DNA of 64,000 bases from an uncultured Peptoniphilus sp. (GTDB taxonomy: Bacteria > Bacillota > Clostridia > Tissierellales > Peptoniphilaceae), in NCBI RefSeq assembly GCF_946222045.1, contig NZ_CAMILN010000001.1:46892-110891 (forward strand), given 5' to 3'. The position numbers were made by a program, and so were the translations under genes. Below are positions 46,430 through 55,325 of this stretch, piece by piece (the stretch's first letter is position 1; the number at the start of each line of letters is the position of its first letter). A model generated the notes under the pieces. It worked only from the letters and a program-made list of their open reading frames with translations. It did not search any database and was not told the origin of the DNA.

Positions 46430-47689
46430 TTAATCATTAACAGCAATTGGCTTTGCATAATAAACAAAAATCATTGCGTCATATAAATCTTTAGGTACTT
46501 CCTTTACCCTATAAGACCTTGGCATGAATTTCATAAGTGGAGAATATCCCTCGCCTAGACTTACCATGTTGATTTCTTTATTTATAAGGTCAAAAGTTTC
46601 CCCATCTTTAACTTTTGTAAAATCTAAATAATATTTTCCCTTAAATTTTCTGGCACTGTAGGCTAAGGGATCAGCAGATACAAAGGCATGGTTTGACCTC
46701 TTATTATCTGGTCCAGCCTCATTTATGTTTACAATTCCCTTATAAAAGTCTGTGCCAATAATAAAATATTTTTCTCCAAATATTTTCTTTAAGTGAGAAC
46801 CCATTGGCTCATAAAATTTTCCACTTTTTGCGATGTGACCATTGTGTCCAGAGATTAAAAGCATCTTATTTCCCTTTGCCTTTTCAAAATCACTTATCCA
46901 CTTAACATTCTCAGCCATAAGCACATCTCTAACATTATTTACTTTTACATAATCATTAAAATCTAATTCGTAATACTTAACACTATCCAAGACATTTGTA
47001 AGAGCTCTTGAAATAAGCCTTGCAGAGTTAGAAGATAGGCTGTCGACATGAGCTTTTATTTCTAACAACAAATCTTTCTTATCTTTTATCTGTGAAATCT
47101 TAAATTTTTCATCCTTAATAAAAGAAAATTCTTTTTCCAAGTCTCTTTCTTGTAAAATATTATTTTCCTTGCAATAATCTAAAATTAACTCCATAGATTT
47201 TTCTGGATTTTGCATGTCAAATCCGTAAAAAGAAAGTTTGTCCTCATCCTTTGCTTTTTGATTGTAGTCAAACATATAATTTATAAGGTCATTCATGTTC
47301 TTTGTGTGATAAATATTAAAAGAAAAAACTCTTGAAATATTTTCATCTCTCTTGTTTCCGTGAATGTAATTATTGATTATCATTCCTTCGCCAAAATCAG
47401 CTTCAATGGCAAAGCTCTTTAAATTATTTTTTTCAACTAAGGTCTTTAAAACTTCTAACTTTAAATCTTGAAAATCAGAATTTCCGTGAGTCCCTTCCCC
47501 AAGTCCAACAACTTCTATATTGTCATCTAAATTTATTTGGCTTACACCTTTTCCATAGTCTTCTATATCTGAAATATTTTTCCTTGCGCTTAACTTTGGA
47601 AGGTTAATCCACAAAAAATCTCCAATCCCTATAAGAATAATAAGGGATACTAAAAAAATTAAAATTCCTTTGAATATTTTCTTTATCAT
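46430..47689 (-). CDS. Erythromycin-esterase (Ere) family protein with N-terminal signal/anchor (419 aa)
   Basis: VVGLGEGTHGNSDFQDLKLEVLKTLVEKNNLKSFAIEADFGEGMIINNYIHG closely follows the Ere family N-terminal block as I recall it from EreB (ALGENSH...FAFE...EGQIINNWIHG). N-terminal hydrophobic segment MIKKIFKGILIFLVSLIILIGIG. Confidence 0.6.
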   Translation of the reverse strand: MIKKIFKGILIFLVSLIILIGIGDFLWINLPKLSARKNISDIEDYGKGVSQINLDDNIEVVGLGEGTHGNSDFQDLKLEVLKTLVEKNNLKSFAIEADFGEGMIINNYIHGNKRDENISRVFSFNIYHTKNMNDLINYMFDYNQKAKDEDKLSFYGFDMQNPEKSMELILDYCKENNILQERDLEKEFSFIKDEKFKISQIKDKKDLLLEIKAHVDSLSSNSARLISRALTNVLDSVKYYELDFNDYVKVNNVRDVLMAENVKWISDFEKAKGNKMLLISGHNGHIAKSGKFYEPMGSHLKKIFGEKYFIIGTDFYKGIVNINEAGPDNKRSNHAFVSADPLAYSARKFKGKYYLDFTKVKDGETFDLINKEINMVSLGEGYSPLMKFMPRSYRVKEVPKDLYDAMIFVYYAKPIAVND

Positions 47690-47807
47690 TTTCTCACCTC
47701 TTACTACATTATAAATTGTATAAAAAAATAAATCCTTTTATTTACATAACAAATAGAGCTTTAATGTGACATTTTTGTAAGATATAAAAAAAAGAGTGCT
47801 AAACACT

Positions 47808-48773
47808 CTAATCCAAAATATTTTTTAAATTTATAAACATCTTTGTGCCAACCTTTTGCTCTGACTCACACCTCAATGTCACTCTTAAAGACTTCCCAAT
47901 ATTCTTTGAGAGATTTAGTCCCAGTCCCGTTGACTTTTTCTCCAACCTACCGTTGTAACCAGTGTATCCTGCATCAAAAATTCTCGGCAAATCTTCTGGC
48001 ATTATTCCAATTCCATTATCTTCAATTACAAGTTCATTTTTCTCTAAATAAATTGCAATCCTTCCATTATGCGTGTACTTGATTGCATTAGAAATAATTT
48101 GTTCTAATAAAAAAGAAAACCACTTGGCATCAGTTAAAATTATTTTCTTAGTTTCAAAAAAGTCTACCTTATTATTTTTTCCAATAAACTGAATCGAATA
48201 TTTCCTAATTACTCCCCTAATAATTTCATCCAAACTGTATTTGCTAAAGACATAGTCTGTGCTATCTGCATTCATCCTTGCATAGCCTAAAATATTTCCC
48301 ACATACTCTTCGATCTCAAAAATTTCTTTCTCGCAATCTATTTTGTTTATTTCATCTTTTTTGAGTAAAAGTTTTAATGCAAATATTGGGGATTTTATTT
48401 GATGAGTCCAAATAGTTAAGTAGTTTTTTACATCTGCTTTTTTCTTTTCTCCAATCTCTTTAACTCTTCTATTTTCTTCTACACTTTTATAAAGAGCCTT
48501 TGATAATGGAGACTCATAAAGTTCTAATATTTTTTCGTAGTCTTTTCTATTTAAGAGATCTATTTCTTTTCTGTAATTCTGATCCCTTATGGAGTAAAGA
48601 AAAATCATATAAATAAAAAATAAAAATAGATATAAAAAAGCTATGTAAGTTGACTTATCTCTATCAAATTCAAAAATTAAATAAGTTCCCAGGATATAAA
48701 AAAATATGAAAAGTCCAAGAATTAATGTGAACTTTTCTCTCTTTAAAAAACTTTTAATTGGCAGGTGGGACAT
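47808..48773 (-). CDS. BceS-type intramembrane-sensing histidine kinase
   Basis: Two TM with a ~9-aa external loop. H-box TIWTHQIKSP and the ATP-binding G-box sequence GLGLNLSKNIG. Confidence 0.8.
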   Translation of the reverse strand: MSHLPIKSFLKREKFTLILGLFIFFYILGTYLIFEFDRDKSTYIAFLYLFLFFIYMIFLYSIRDQNYRKEIDLLNRKDYEKILELYESPLSKALYKSVEENRRVKEIGEKKKADVKNYLTIWTHQIKSPIFALKLLLKKDEINKIDCEKEIFEIEEYVGNILGYARMNADSTDYVFSKYSLDEIIRGVIRKYSIQFIGKNNKVDFFETKKIILTDAKWFSFLLEQIISNAIKYTHNGRIAIYLEKNELVIEDNGIGIMPEDLPRIFDAGYTGYNGRLEKKSTGLGLNLSKNIGKSLRVTLRCESEQKVGTKMFINLKNILD

Positions 48774-49443
48774 AATACCCTACTCCTTTCTTAGTCTTTA
48801 TTAAGTCAAAAATATTTATATCTTCTAGCTTTTTTCTCAGACGCATTACATTTACTGTTAAGGTGTTGTCGTCAATATAAGAGTCAGTTTGCCAAATTTT
48901 ATCAATAATTTCATCTCTATTAACAACTTTACCTGGCTTTTCCAAGAGAATTTCTAAAATTTTAAATTCATTTTTCGTGAGTTCTATTTCTTTGTTTTCT
49001 CTTGATATAATCATCTTGTCGCAGTCAAGGCTTATGTCTTTATAAAAGATATTTCTTGTCTCAATATATTCGTAAGCTCTTCTAAGCAAGGCCCTTATTT
49101 TTATTTGTAATAGATCTAGTTCAAAGGGCTTAGTCAAATAATCATCTGCTCCAAGATCCATTGCCATTATCAAATTTAAATTTTCATCGGCAGCTGAAAT
49201 AAATAAAATTGGAACCTTAGAGTTTTTCCTAATAATTTTGCACCAATGATAGCCATTGTAAAAGGGAAGAGTCACATCCATTAAAACTAAATCAGGATGA
49301 AAGTTTTTAAATTCATCAAAAATATTTTGAAAGTCCTCTGCAATTTTTATCTCATAGTCCCAAAACTCCAGGTGTCTTTTAATTTCTTCTGCAATTACCT
49401 TGTCATCTTCTACTAAAAAAATCTTCCATTTTTTCTTTTCCAT
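48754..49443 (-). CDS. OmpR-family response regulator
   Basis: Receiver DD..D motif (FLVEDD...LVLMDVTLP) plus winged-helix C-terminus. Confidence 0.88.
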   Translation of the reverse strand: MEKKKWKIFLVEDDKVIAEEIKRHLEFWDYEIKIAEDFQNIFDEFKNFHPDLVLMDVTLPFYNGYHWCKIIRKNSKVPILFISAADENLNLIMAMDLGADDYLTKPFELDLLQIKIRALLRRAYEYIETRNIFYKDISLDCDKMIISRENKEIELTKNEFKILEILLEKPGKVVNRDEIIDKIWQTDSYIDDNTLTVNVMRLRKKLEDINIFDLIKTKKGVGYYVPPAN

Positions 49444-49502
49444 ATCTTAATAACCTACTCTTTTAACTAAATTTTACTTGACATCATTATATAAACAAAA
49501 GG

Positions 49503-49535
49503 CAAAAAAATAAAGACTCCCCTATGGAAGTCTTT
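49503..49535 (-). terminator. Terminator of pta
   Basis: AAAGACTTCC...GGGAGTCTTT hairpin with T-run on the minus strand. Confidence 0.55.
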
Positions 49536-49554
49536 AAGTCTATCTTATTATTTA

Positions 49555-50526
49555 TTAAAGAACTGCTTGTGCTGCTGTTATGATAGCTAGTGCGTAAGCT
49601 TCGTCTTCTACACAACCTCTTGAAAGGTCGTTCACTGGTGCATTAAGTCCTTGTAGGATTGGTCCAACTGCCTTAAATCCACCAAAGTATTGTGCAAGTT
49701 TGTAGCCAATGTTTCCTGCTTCGATACTTGGGAAGATAAATACATTTGCGTGACCTGCTACCTTTGATTCTGGTGCTTTTTTAGCTGCAACTCTTTCGAT
49801 GAAGGCTGCGTCAAATTGAAGTTCTCCATCAACTGCCATTTCTGGATTTCTTTCTGCTGCCATCTTAGCTGCGTCTGCTACCATTGTTACTCTTTCGTGA
49901 GAAGCTGATCCGTGAGATGAGAAGGAAAGCATTGCAACCTTTGGATCGATGCCAAATTGTTTTGCAGTTTCATTTGATACTACTGCTACTTCTGCTAGAC
50001 CTTCTGCGTCAAGGTCTGTGTTAATTGCACAGTCTGCCATTAGGTAAAGCTCGTCATCTCTTATCATAATGAAGGCACCTGAACATCTCTTGTATTCTGG
50101 TTTTGTCTTTATAATTTGAAGAGCTGGTCTTACTGTATCTGCAGTTGTGTGAGCTGCACCTGATACAAGTCCCTTAGCTTTTCCCATATATACAAGCATT
50201 GTTCCAAAGTAGTTGTTGTCTTTTAGGATATCAGCTGCTTGTTCTTCTGTAGCTTTTCCCTTTCTTCTTTCTACGAAAGCCTTGATCATTTCATCCTTTC
50301 CTTCGTAAGTTTCTGGATTAAGGATTTCTAGATCTCCAAGTTCAACGCCTTCTTTTTCTGCAAGAGCTTTTAGTTCTGCTTCGTCTCCAAGAACGATTGG
50401 CTTAATGTCTCCTTCGTCGTTAAGTCTAATTGCCGCTCTTAAGATTCTTCTGTCGTTTCCTTCTGGAAATACTATTTCTGGTTTTGATTCTCTAACTTTT
50501 ACTTTTAATTCTTCTATTAGTGCCAT
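49555..50526 (-). CDS. pta: Phosphate acetyltransferase (short form; Pta/Ptb family)
   Basis: 323 aa. N-terminus (EIVFPEGNDRRILRAA) and central region (AMLSFSSHGSAS) fit the short-form Pta family shape. Confidence 0.78.
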   Translation of the reverse strand: MALIEELKVKVRESKPEIVFPEGNDRRILRAAIRLNDEGDIKPIVLGDEAELKALAEKEGVELGDLEILNPETYEGKDEMIKAFVERRKGKATEEQAADILKDNNYFGTMLVYMGKAKGLVSGAAHTTADTVRPALQIIKTKPEYKRCSGAFIMIRDDELYLMADCAINTDLDAEGLAEVAVVSNETAKQFGIDPKVAMLSFSSHGSASHERVTMVADAAKMAAERNPEMAVDGELQFDAAFIERVAAKKAPESKVAGHANVFIFPSIEAGNIGYKLAQYFGGFKAVGPILQGLNAPVNDLSRGCVEDEAYALAIITAAQAVL

Positions 50527-50580
50527 AATTTCCCCCTAATTCTATTTACACATAACATTATATATCTTATGAAAAAAATT

Positions 50581-51555
50581 TTAAAGTGAATAAGCCTTAA
50601 AACTTACATCTTCTATTACTTTGTTAAGTCTAACTGAATCTGCAACGAGTTTCGCAAGATGGTGGTGGTCCATTGTGTGGACTCTTAAAACTTCTACACC
50701 CTTGTAGGCTGCAATAGTCGTAAGAGCTGCTGAAGCTTCGTCCCTGTTTTCGAAACCTTCTTCACTATTGCCGTCAGCATCAATATTGTTTTCACTTAAA
50801 ATATTTGTGATAAATCTCTTTCTTGAAACTCCAAGGAAGCTAAAGCATCCCATTTCTCTTAAGACATCAATTTTATCAATTAATTTTAAGTTTTCCTTTT
50901 TTGTAAGGGCAAAGCCAATGCCTGGGTCAAGCATAATTCTTTCTCTTGAAATTCCGTTTTTTTCTGCACGTTCAAGAGATTTCCCTAAATATTTTTTCAT
51001 GACTTCGACAACATCCATGTCTTCAAAGGATTTTAATTCTTCTTCAGTGAAGGCTCCTTCGCCCCCAAAAGGTGGAAAGTTGGCAGATGACTTGTGATTT
51101 GGCCTTGCAATCTTAGGGTTAAACATAAGAATTGCACCAACATCGCTCTTTCCCACAACTTCTGCCATTCTTGGGTCTCCCATAAAGCCTGTGATGTCAT
51201 TTACAAAGTCAACTCCTGCTTCAATTGCAGCTTCTGCAACATCTGCCTTCCATGTATCAATAGAAAGTGGCACGTCTGTCATTGTCTTCAATTCCTTTAT
51301 AACAGGAACAACCCTTTCTATTTCCTCTTGGATTTCAACATAGTGGGATCCTGGTCTAGTGGATTCACCACCAAGGTCGATCATGCCAGCACCAGCTCCT
51401 ATAAGTTCAAGAGCCCTCTTAATAGCCTTGTCCTTGCCATACCACTTACCCCCATCAGAGAAGGAGTCCGGTGTAACATTTACAATTCCACAAAGAATAG
51501 TTTCTCCGCCAGATTTTAAAACTTTATCCTTATATTTACAAACTAAATTCTCCAT
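50581..51555 (-). CDS. folP: Dihydropteroate synthase
   Basis: Pterin-binding motifs GIVNVTPDSFSDGG, DLGGESTRPG, NDITG. Confidence 0.8.
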   Translation of the reverse strand: MENLVCKYKDKVLKSGGETILCGIVNVTPDSFSDGGKWYGKDKAIKRALELIGAGAGMIDLGGESTRPGSHYVEIQEEIERVVPVIKELKTMTDVPLSIDTWKADVAEAAIEAGVDFVNDITGFMGDPRMAEVVGKSDVGAILMFNPKIARPNHKSSANFPPFGGEGAFTEEELKSFEDMDVVEVMKKYLGKSLERAEKNGISRERIMLDPGIGFALTKKENLKLIDKIDVLREMGCFSFLGVSRKRFITNILSENNIDADGNSEEGFENRDEASAALTTIAAYKGVEVLRVHTMDHHHLAKLVADSVRLNKVIEDVSFKAYSL

Positions 51556-51643
51556 AATTCACTCCAAATTTTATTTATTCCAATTATTTACTTACTAATC
51601 CATAAATATTTTATGACTTGTAGCTTCTTAAATCAAATAAATT

Positions 51644-52651
51644 TTACTTTGCGTAGTATAAAAGGACTCCGTCATCAGTCCACTCAAAGTCAGCCTTTCC
51701 TATTGCCCTTAGATGTTCAAGATGGGCATGGGCCTCTCCAGCTGCAAAAAACTTTTGAGTATTAGGGAATTCAGAAAAGTCTCTGGCCCTCATGTCCCAA
51801 GTCATGTTCATGGCAATATCTCTTACAGTGCACTTGCCCTTTTCCTTTAAAGTCTTGTAAGCTTCATCCACCCTGTGTTTATGATGGGCCTTCAATTCAT
51901 CAATCCTCTTTGGCACATCTTCGATAAGGGCCCTGTGAGAAGAATACAAGTGATCAATTGGTAAATCTCTTAACTTTTCAATATTTTTAAGATACCTTCC
52001 AAGACTGTCGCCCACTGTGAAGTTCCAAAAAGTTATATTTGGAGTGATGTCTCCCAAGAGGTGGTCGCCACAGAAAAGAATTTTTCTTTCTTCTTCATAA
52101 AGACCAACCATTCCAGGAGTGTGACCAGAAAAGTCCATTCCCTTAAAAGTAAAATCCCCAACCTTTAAAATATAATTTGGATTGAAGGACACATAGGGGA
52201 ACTCTGCCTTTGGCCTGTAAATAAAGCCAGCGTGCTCTTCGATTTTTAAATTATCTTCATCAAGGCCTTGGATGTGAGTAGTATCCATAACTTCCTTCCA
52301 TCTCTTTGAGTTAGCATCAGCCATAGAAGACATCATCCTGTAGTCAATATCCCCCATGTAAATATCAATGCCAAGCTCTTCATGAAACCATGAAGCAAGG
52401 CCAGTGTGGTCAGAGTGAAGGTGGGTCAAGAATAAAATTGTCTTGTCGTAGTCAACCTCCATGTCCTTCATAAAAGAAAGCATTTCATTTCTAATTTCTT
52501 CTGTGTTAAAGCCTGTGTCAACAATCATGGCCTCGCCCTTGGACTTAACCATATAGATGTTGATGCTCTTTAAGGGGTTGCCCTTAAGTGGAATAATCTT
52601 ACAATAAACGCCATCTGAAAGTTTTTTAATTTTTGACATATTACCTCCCAT
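51644..52651 (-). CDS. Metallo-beta-lactamase-fold hydrolase
   Basis: HLHSDHTG (HxHxDH) metal-binding motif. Confidence 0.7.
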   Translation of the reverse strand: MGGNMSKIKKLSDGVYCKIIPLKGNPLKSINIYMVKSKGEAMIVDTGFNTEEIRNEMLSFMKDMEVDYDKTILFLTHLHSDHTGLASWFHEELGIDIYMGDIDYRMMSSMADANSKRWKEVMDTTHIQGLDEDNLKIEEHAGFIYRPKAEFPYVSFNPNYILKVGDFTFKGMDFSGHTPGMVGLYEEERKILFCGDHLLGDITPNITFWNFTVGDSLGRYLKNIEKLRDLPIDHLYSSHRALIEDVPKRIDELKAHHKHRVDEAYKTLKEKGKCTVRDIAMNMTWDMRARDFSEFPNTQKFFAAGEAHAHLEHLRAIGKADFEWTDDGVLLYYAK

Positions 52652-52686
52652 TGCTCATTTCATGTATAATAAATACGAGGTGAAAC

Positions 52687-53103
52687 ATGAGCGATTTTTT
52701 ATTAAAACTATTTGAAGTTGAAAGCATTAATAAACTGCCTATAGATAGATTATACCCCATTGTGGAGGCTTTAGACCAGGACCAGAGGAAGCTCATAGCT
52801 TCTTCTTATGAACTTGACCTTGAAGGACTAAGTGAAAGAGAAGAAATAGATGCAATCCACGAAACCATCTTGTCAAAGTTTAAGGACACCCTACTTTCCT
52901 TTGATGAGAAGGAACACAAGTCTTTTTACGACTTCTACGAGGGAGCCGTAGACTATTCAGACGAGAACGTCTACGTCAACATGAAAAAATTCACAAGACT
53001 TGGACTGATGTATCTCTTCTTGTCTAAAAGCGGTGGCTACTTTAACTTTGTAATACCAGTGGAGTTAATAGAAGAGTATGAAAGACTACTAAAGTCTTCA
53101 TAA
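52687..53103 (+). CDS. Hypothetical acidic protein (138 aa)
   Basis: ORF with plausible context. No motif recognised. Confidence 0.4.
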   Translation: MSDFLLKLFEVESINKLPIDRLYPIVEALDQDQRKLIASSYELDLEGLSEREEIDAIHETILSKFKDTLLSFDEKEHKSFYDFYEGAVDYSDENVYVNMKKFTRLGLMYLFLSKSGGYFNFVIPVELIEEYERLLKSS

Positions 53104-53200
53104 GATGTTGTTATTTGGCAAATAAAACTAAGAATACAATTAAAAATGTATAAATACAAAAAGGAACTTGAATTATCTTAAGTCCCTTTCTATCTTTACG

Positions 53201-53232
53201 CAAAATAAAAAAGCCATTCACATGAATGACTT
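53201..53232 (-). terminator. Terminator of ssrA
   Basis: Short hairpin CATTC acat GAATG followed by TTTTTTATTTTG on the minus strand, right after the tmRNA 3' CCA. Confidence 0.55.
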
Positions 53233-53237
53233 TGCTT

Positions 53238-53581
53238 TGGTGGAGGCGGTGGGAGTCGAACCCACGTCCGAAGACCTCTTACAGAAAGATTCTCCGAGTG
53301 CAGACTCCTCTTTAGTTTTCCCCTGTATTACTAGAGTGTCAAACTCATACAGGGTATCGCCATAAACCCCCTCTGCTATGACGCATCACAGAGTTCGTTT
53401 GCCCGCTAATTTGAAACCCGGTTGCAGATCGCGGTGTCTGGCCGGATTGCTACCTAATTAGGCAGCTAGTGCGAAATTATTTTCGTCGTTTATTTTTTAA
53501 TAGACCATTTTTACGTTGTGTGATCCATCAACGACTCGCTACTTTAAGCTCAAAATCCCCGTCGAAACCATTTTCGCCCCC
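53238..53581 (-). ncRNA. ssrA: tmRNA (transfer-messenger RNA)
   Basis: Minus-strand RNA starts GGGGGCGAAAAUGGUUUCGACGGGG and ends GGACGUGGGUUCGACUCCCACCGCCUCCACCA, a tRNA-Ala-like acceptor/T-arm. Internal tag reading frame ...GAC GAA AAU AAU UUC GCA CUA GCU GCC UAA (…DENNFALAA*) is followed by UUAGG as in known tmRNAs. Confidence 0.9.
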
Positions 53582-53605
53582 ATATTTACTTAGACTAAAA
53601 TTATA

Positions 53606-54256
53606 CTAGATAGGCTGGTCTTTGTCAATTTTAGAGGGCCTTGGTCTCCTCTTCCTTCTCTTCTTCTTGGCAAATTTATATCTTAAAATCTTCTCCCAAA
53701 TAAGATAACCAATAAAAGATCCCAAGACATTTAAAATTAAATCGTCAATGTCCACTGACCTTCCAATAAAAAATTGGATGAATTCTACAAAAAAGGATGT
53801 GGCAATGGATAAACTTATAGTTTTTAATAATCTCCTAAACTTTGGAAAAATTTCTGGAACTAAAATTCCAAAGGGGATAAAAATTATTATATTCCCAAGT
53901 ATATTTGTAAGTGTGTGGGTAAAGCCTGAATATTTTATATAATTTTTCATAGTCCTAAAGGGAACTAGGTTAACTCCCCAGGCTCCTGATGATAATCTAT
54001 CTTTGAAATTGCCAACGAAGTCAAAGTTCTCGTTGGTCAAATTTATTCCAGAACCTGCTATGTAGGAGTTGGGCATAAAAAGCATTATTGCTAAAAAAAC
54101 CAGGTAGGCTGCAAAAAGGCTAAGCAAAAATTCTCTAAAGCCTGTGGAATTTTTCTTCCTGTGACTAAATAAGTTAACTCTTATAAGGGAAAAGCCTAGG
54201 AAAGTAATTATAAAGGCAGGTACTATTCTTACTGCAAAAAATAAAAATAATCTCAT
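53606..54256 (-). CDS. VanZ-family membrane protein
   Basis: 4-5 TM, VanZ-like core. Basic C-terminal tail KKKRRKRRPRPSK. Confidence 0.65.
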   Translation of the reverse strand: MRLFLFFAVRIVPAFIITFLGFSLIRVNLFSHRKKNSTGFREFLLSLFAAYLVFLAIMLFMPNSYIAGSGINLTNENFDFVGNFKDRLSSGAWGVNLVPFRTMKNYIKYSGFTHTLTNILGNIIIFIPFGILVPEIFPKFRRLLKTISLSIATSFFVEFIQFFIGRSVDIDDLILNVLGSFIGYLIWEKILRYKFAKKKRRKRRPRPSKIDKDQPI

Positions 54257-54891
54257 AAGTTTTTCAATTCTAATAATCTCTTTACAGAATTTTTATTTTC
54301 ACTAACAATTGTTGGCCAAGTGTCCTTGGAGTTCTCATCATAGATGCCAATAGTTTTAAGTCCTGCTCTCTTTCCTGTCCTTAGGGCAAGGTAGGAATCG
54401 TCAACTAAAAAGACATCTCCTGGCCTTTCTCCCAATTCTTCTGCAATTGATGTGTAAAATTTTTCTTCTGCTTTTAGGTGTCCCACTGAGTCAGCTGTGT
54501 AGAGACCGTCAATAAATTTATCTATCCCATATTTTTCTATAACTATGTTGGCGAAGTGGGCTGCAGTGGATGTTCCTACAACAACTTTCATCCCCTGGTC
54601 CTTAAAATATTCTAAAATTTCAAGACATCCTTCTTTAGTTTCAACCTTGTTTCTATAAAAATCTTCAACAGTCCTGCTAAAGTCTCCCATAAGTTCTTCA
54701 AAGCTTTCTTCTAATTTATAGTAATCTTTTAAGTATCTTAAGGATGCGTCCAAGTTCATTGTAGTCATCTTGTGCTGGACTTCATCTTCTATATCTATTC
54801 CCTTGGTCTTCATGAAGTCACGAGAAACACTTCTCCAATATTTCATAGAATCAACTAGGGTTCCATCTAAATCAAAAATAATAGCCTTCAT
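54253..54891 (-). CDS. HAD-superfamily hydrolase (beta-phosphoglucomutase-like subfamily IA)
   Basis: Motif I FDLDGTLVDS, motif III/IV region. Confidence 0.75.
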   Translation of the reverse strand: MKAIIFDLDGTLVDSMKYWRSVSRDFMKTKGIDIEDEVQHKMTTMNLDASLRYLKDYYKLEESFEELMGDFSRTVEDFYRNKVETKEGCLEILEYFKDQGMKVVVGTSTAAHFANIVIEKYGIDKFIDGLYTADSVGHLKAEEKFYTSIAEELGERPGDVFLVDDSYLALRTGKRAGLKTIGIYDENSKDTWPTIVSENKNSVKRLLELKNL

Positions 54892-54997
54892 CTTAGCTCC
54901 TTTCCCATAATACTATTATTTTAGTTGTATTTTTATTAGATTTCAAGTATAATGGCTTGGATGGCTTTTGAGATTTTAAATTTTTTGTAAAAAAGCT

Positions 54998-55025
54998 TTG
55001 ACAAATATTTTTTACATGCTATAAT
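54998..55025 (+). promoter_or_regulatory. Strong sigma-A-type promoter for tRNA-Pro
   Basis: TTGACA-16 nt-TATAAT ending ~50 nt upstream of the tRNA. Confidence 0.6.
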
Positions 55026-55076
55026 AGTATTTGTTCAAAAATAAAATACAAGTTTTCACTTATGTGAATCTGTCGT

Positions 55077-55153
55077 CGGGGTGTAGCGCAGTTTGGTAGC
55101 GCACGTGGTTTGGGACCATGGGGCCGGGGGTTCGAATCCTCTCACCCCGACCA
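55077..55153 (+). tRNA. tRNA-Pro (anticodon UGG)
   Basis: Cloverleaf: acceptor CGGGGTG/CACCCCG, D-arm GCGC-AGTTTGGTA-GCGC, anticodon arm CGTGG-TTTGGGA-CCATG, T-loop TTCGAAT, encoded CCA. Confidence 0.93.
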
Positions 55154-55163
55154 TTTTTTATCT

Positions 55164-55190
55164 GAAGGTTTATACCTTCTTTTTTTTTTG
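55164..55190 (+). terminator. Terminator after tRNA-Pro
   Basis: GAAGGT ttat ACCTTC hairpin followed by T10. Confidence 0.75.
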
Positions 55191-55325
55191 CAATTTTTAT
55201 GACTTAGCTTTTTCCTAAACAATCTCAACTTGTTGTAATTTATTTTTAGACTTATAATTGAAATAAGATTAATTATATGAGTTACTTTTTTAAGTATAAC
55301 TTACAGGACTTTTTAAGGAGGTCTT

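Noticed and set aside
53168-53365. 65-aa plus-strand ORF
   Set aside because: Lies entirely inside the tmRNA gene on the opposite strand. Spurious.
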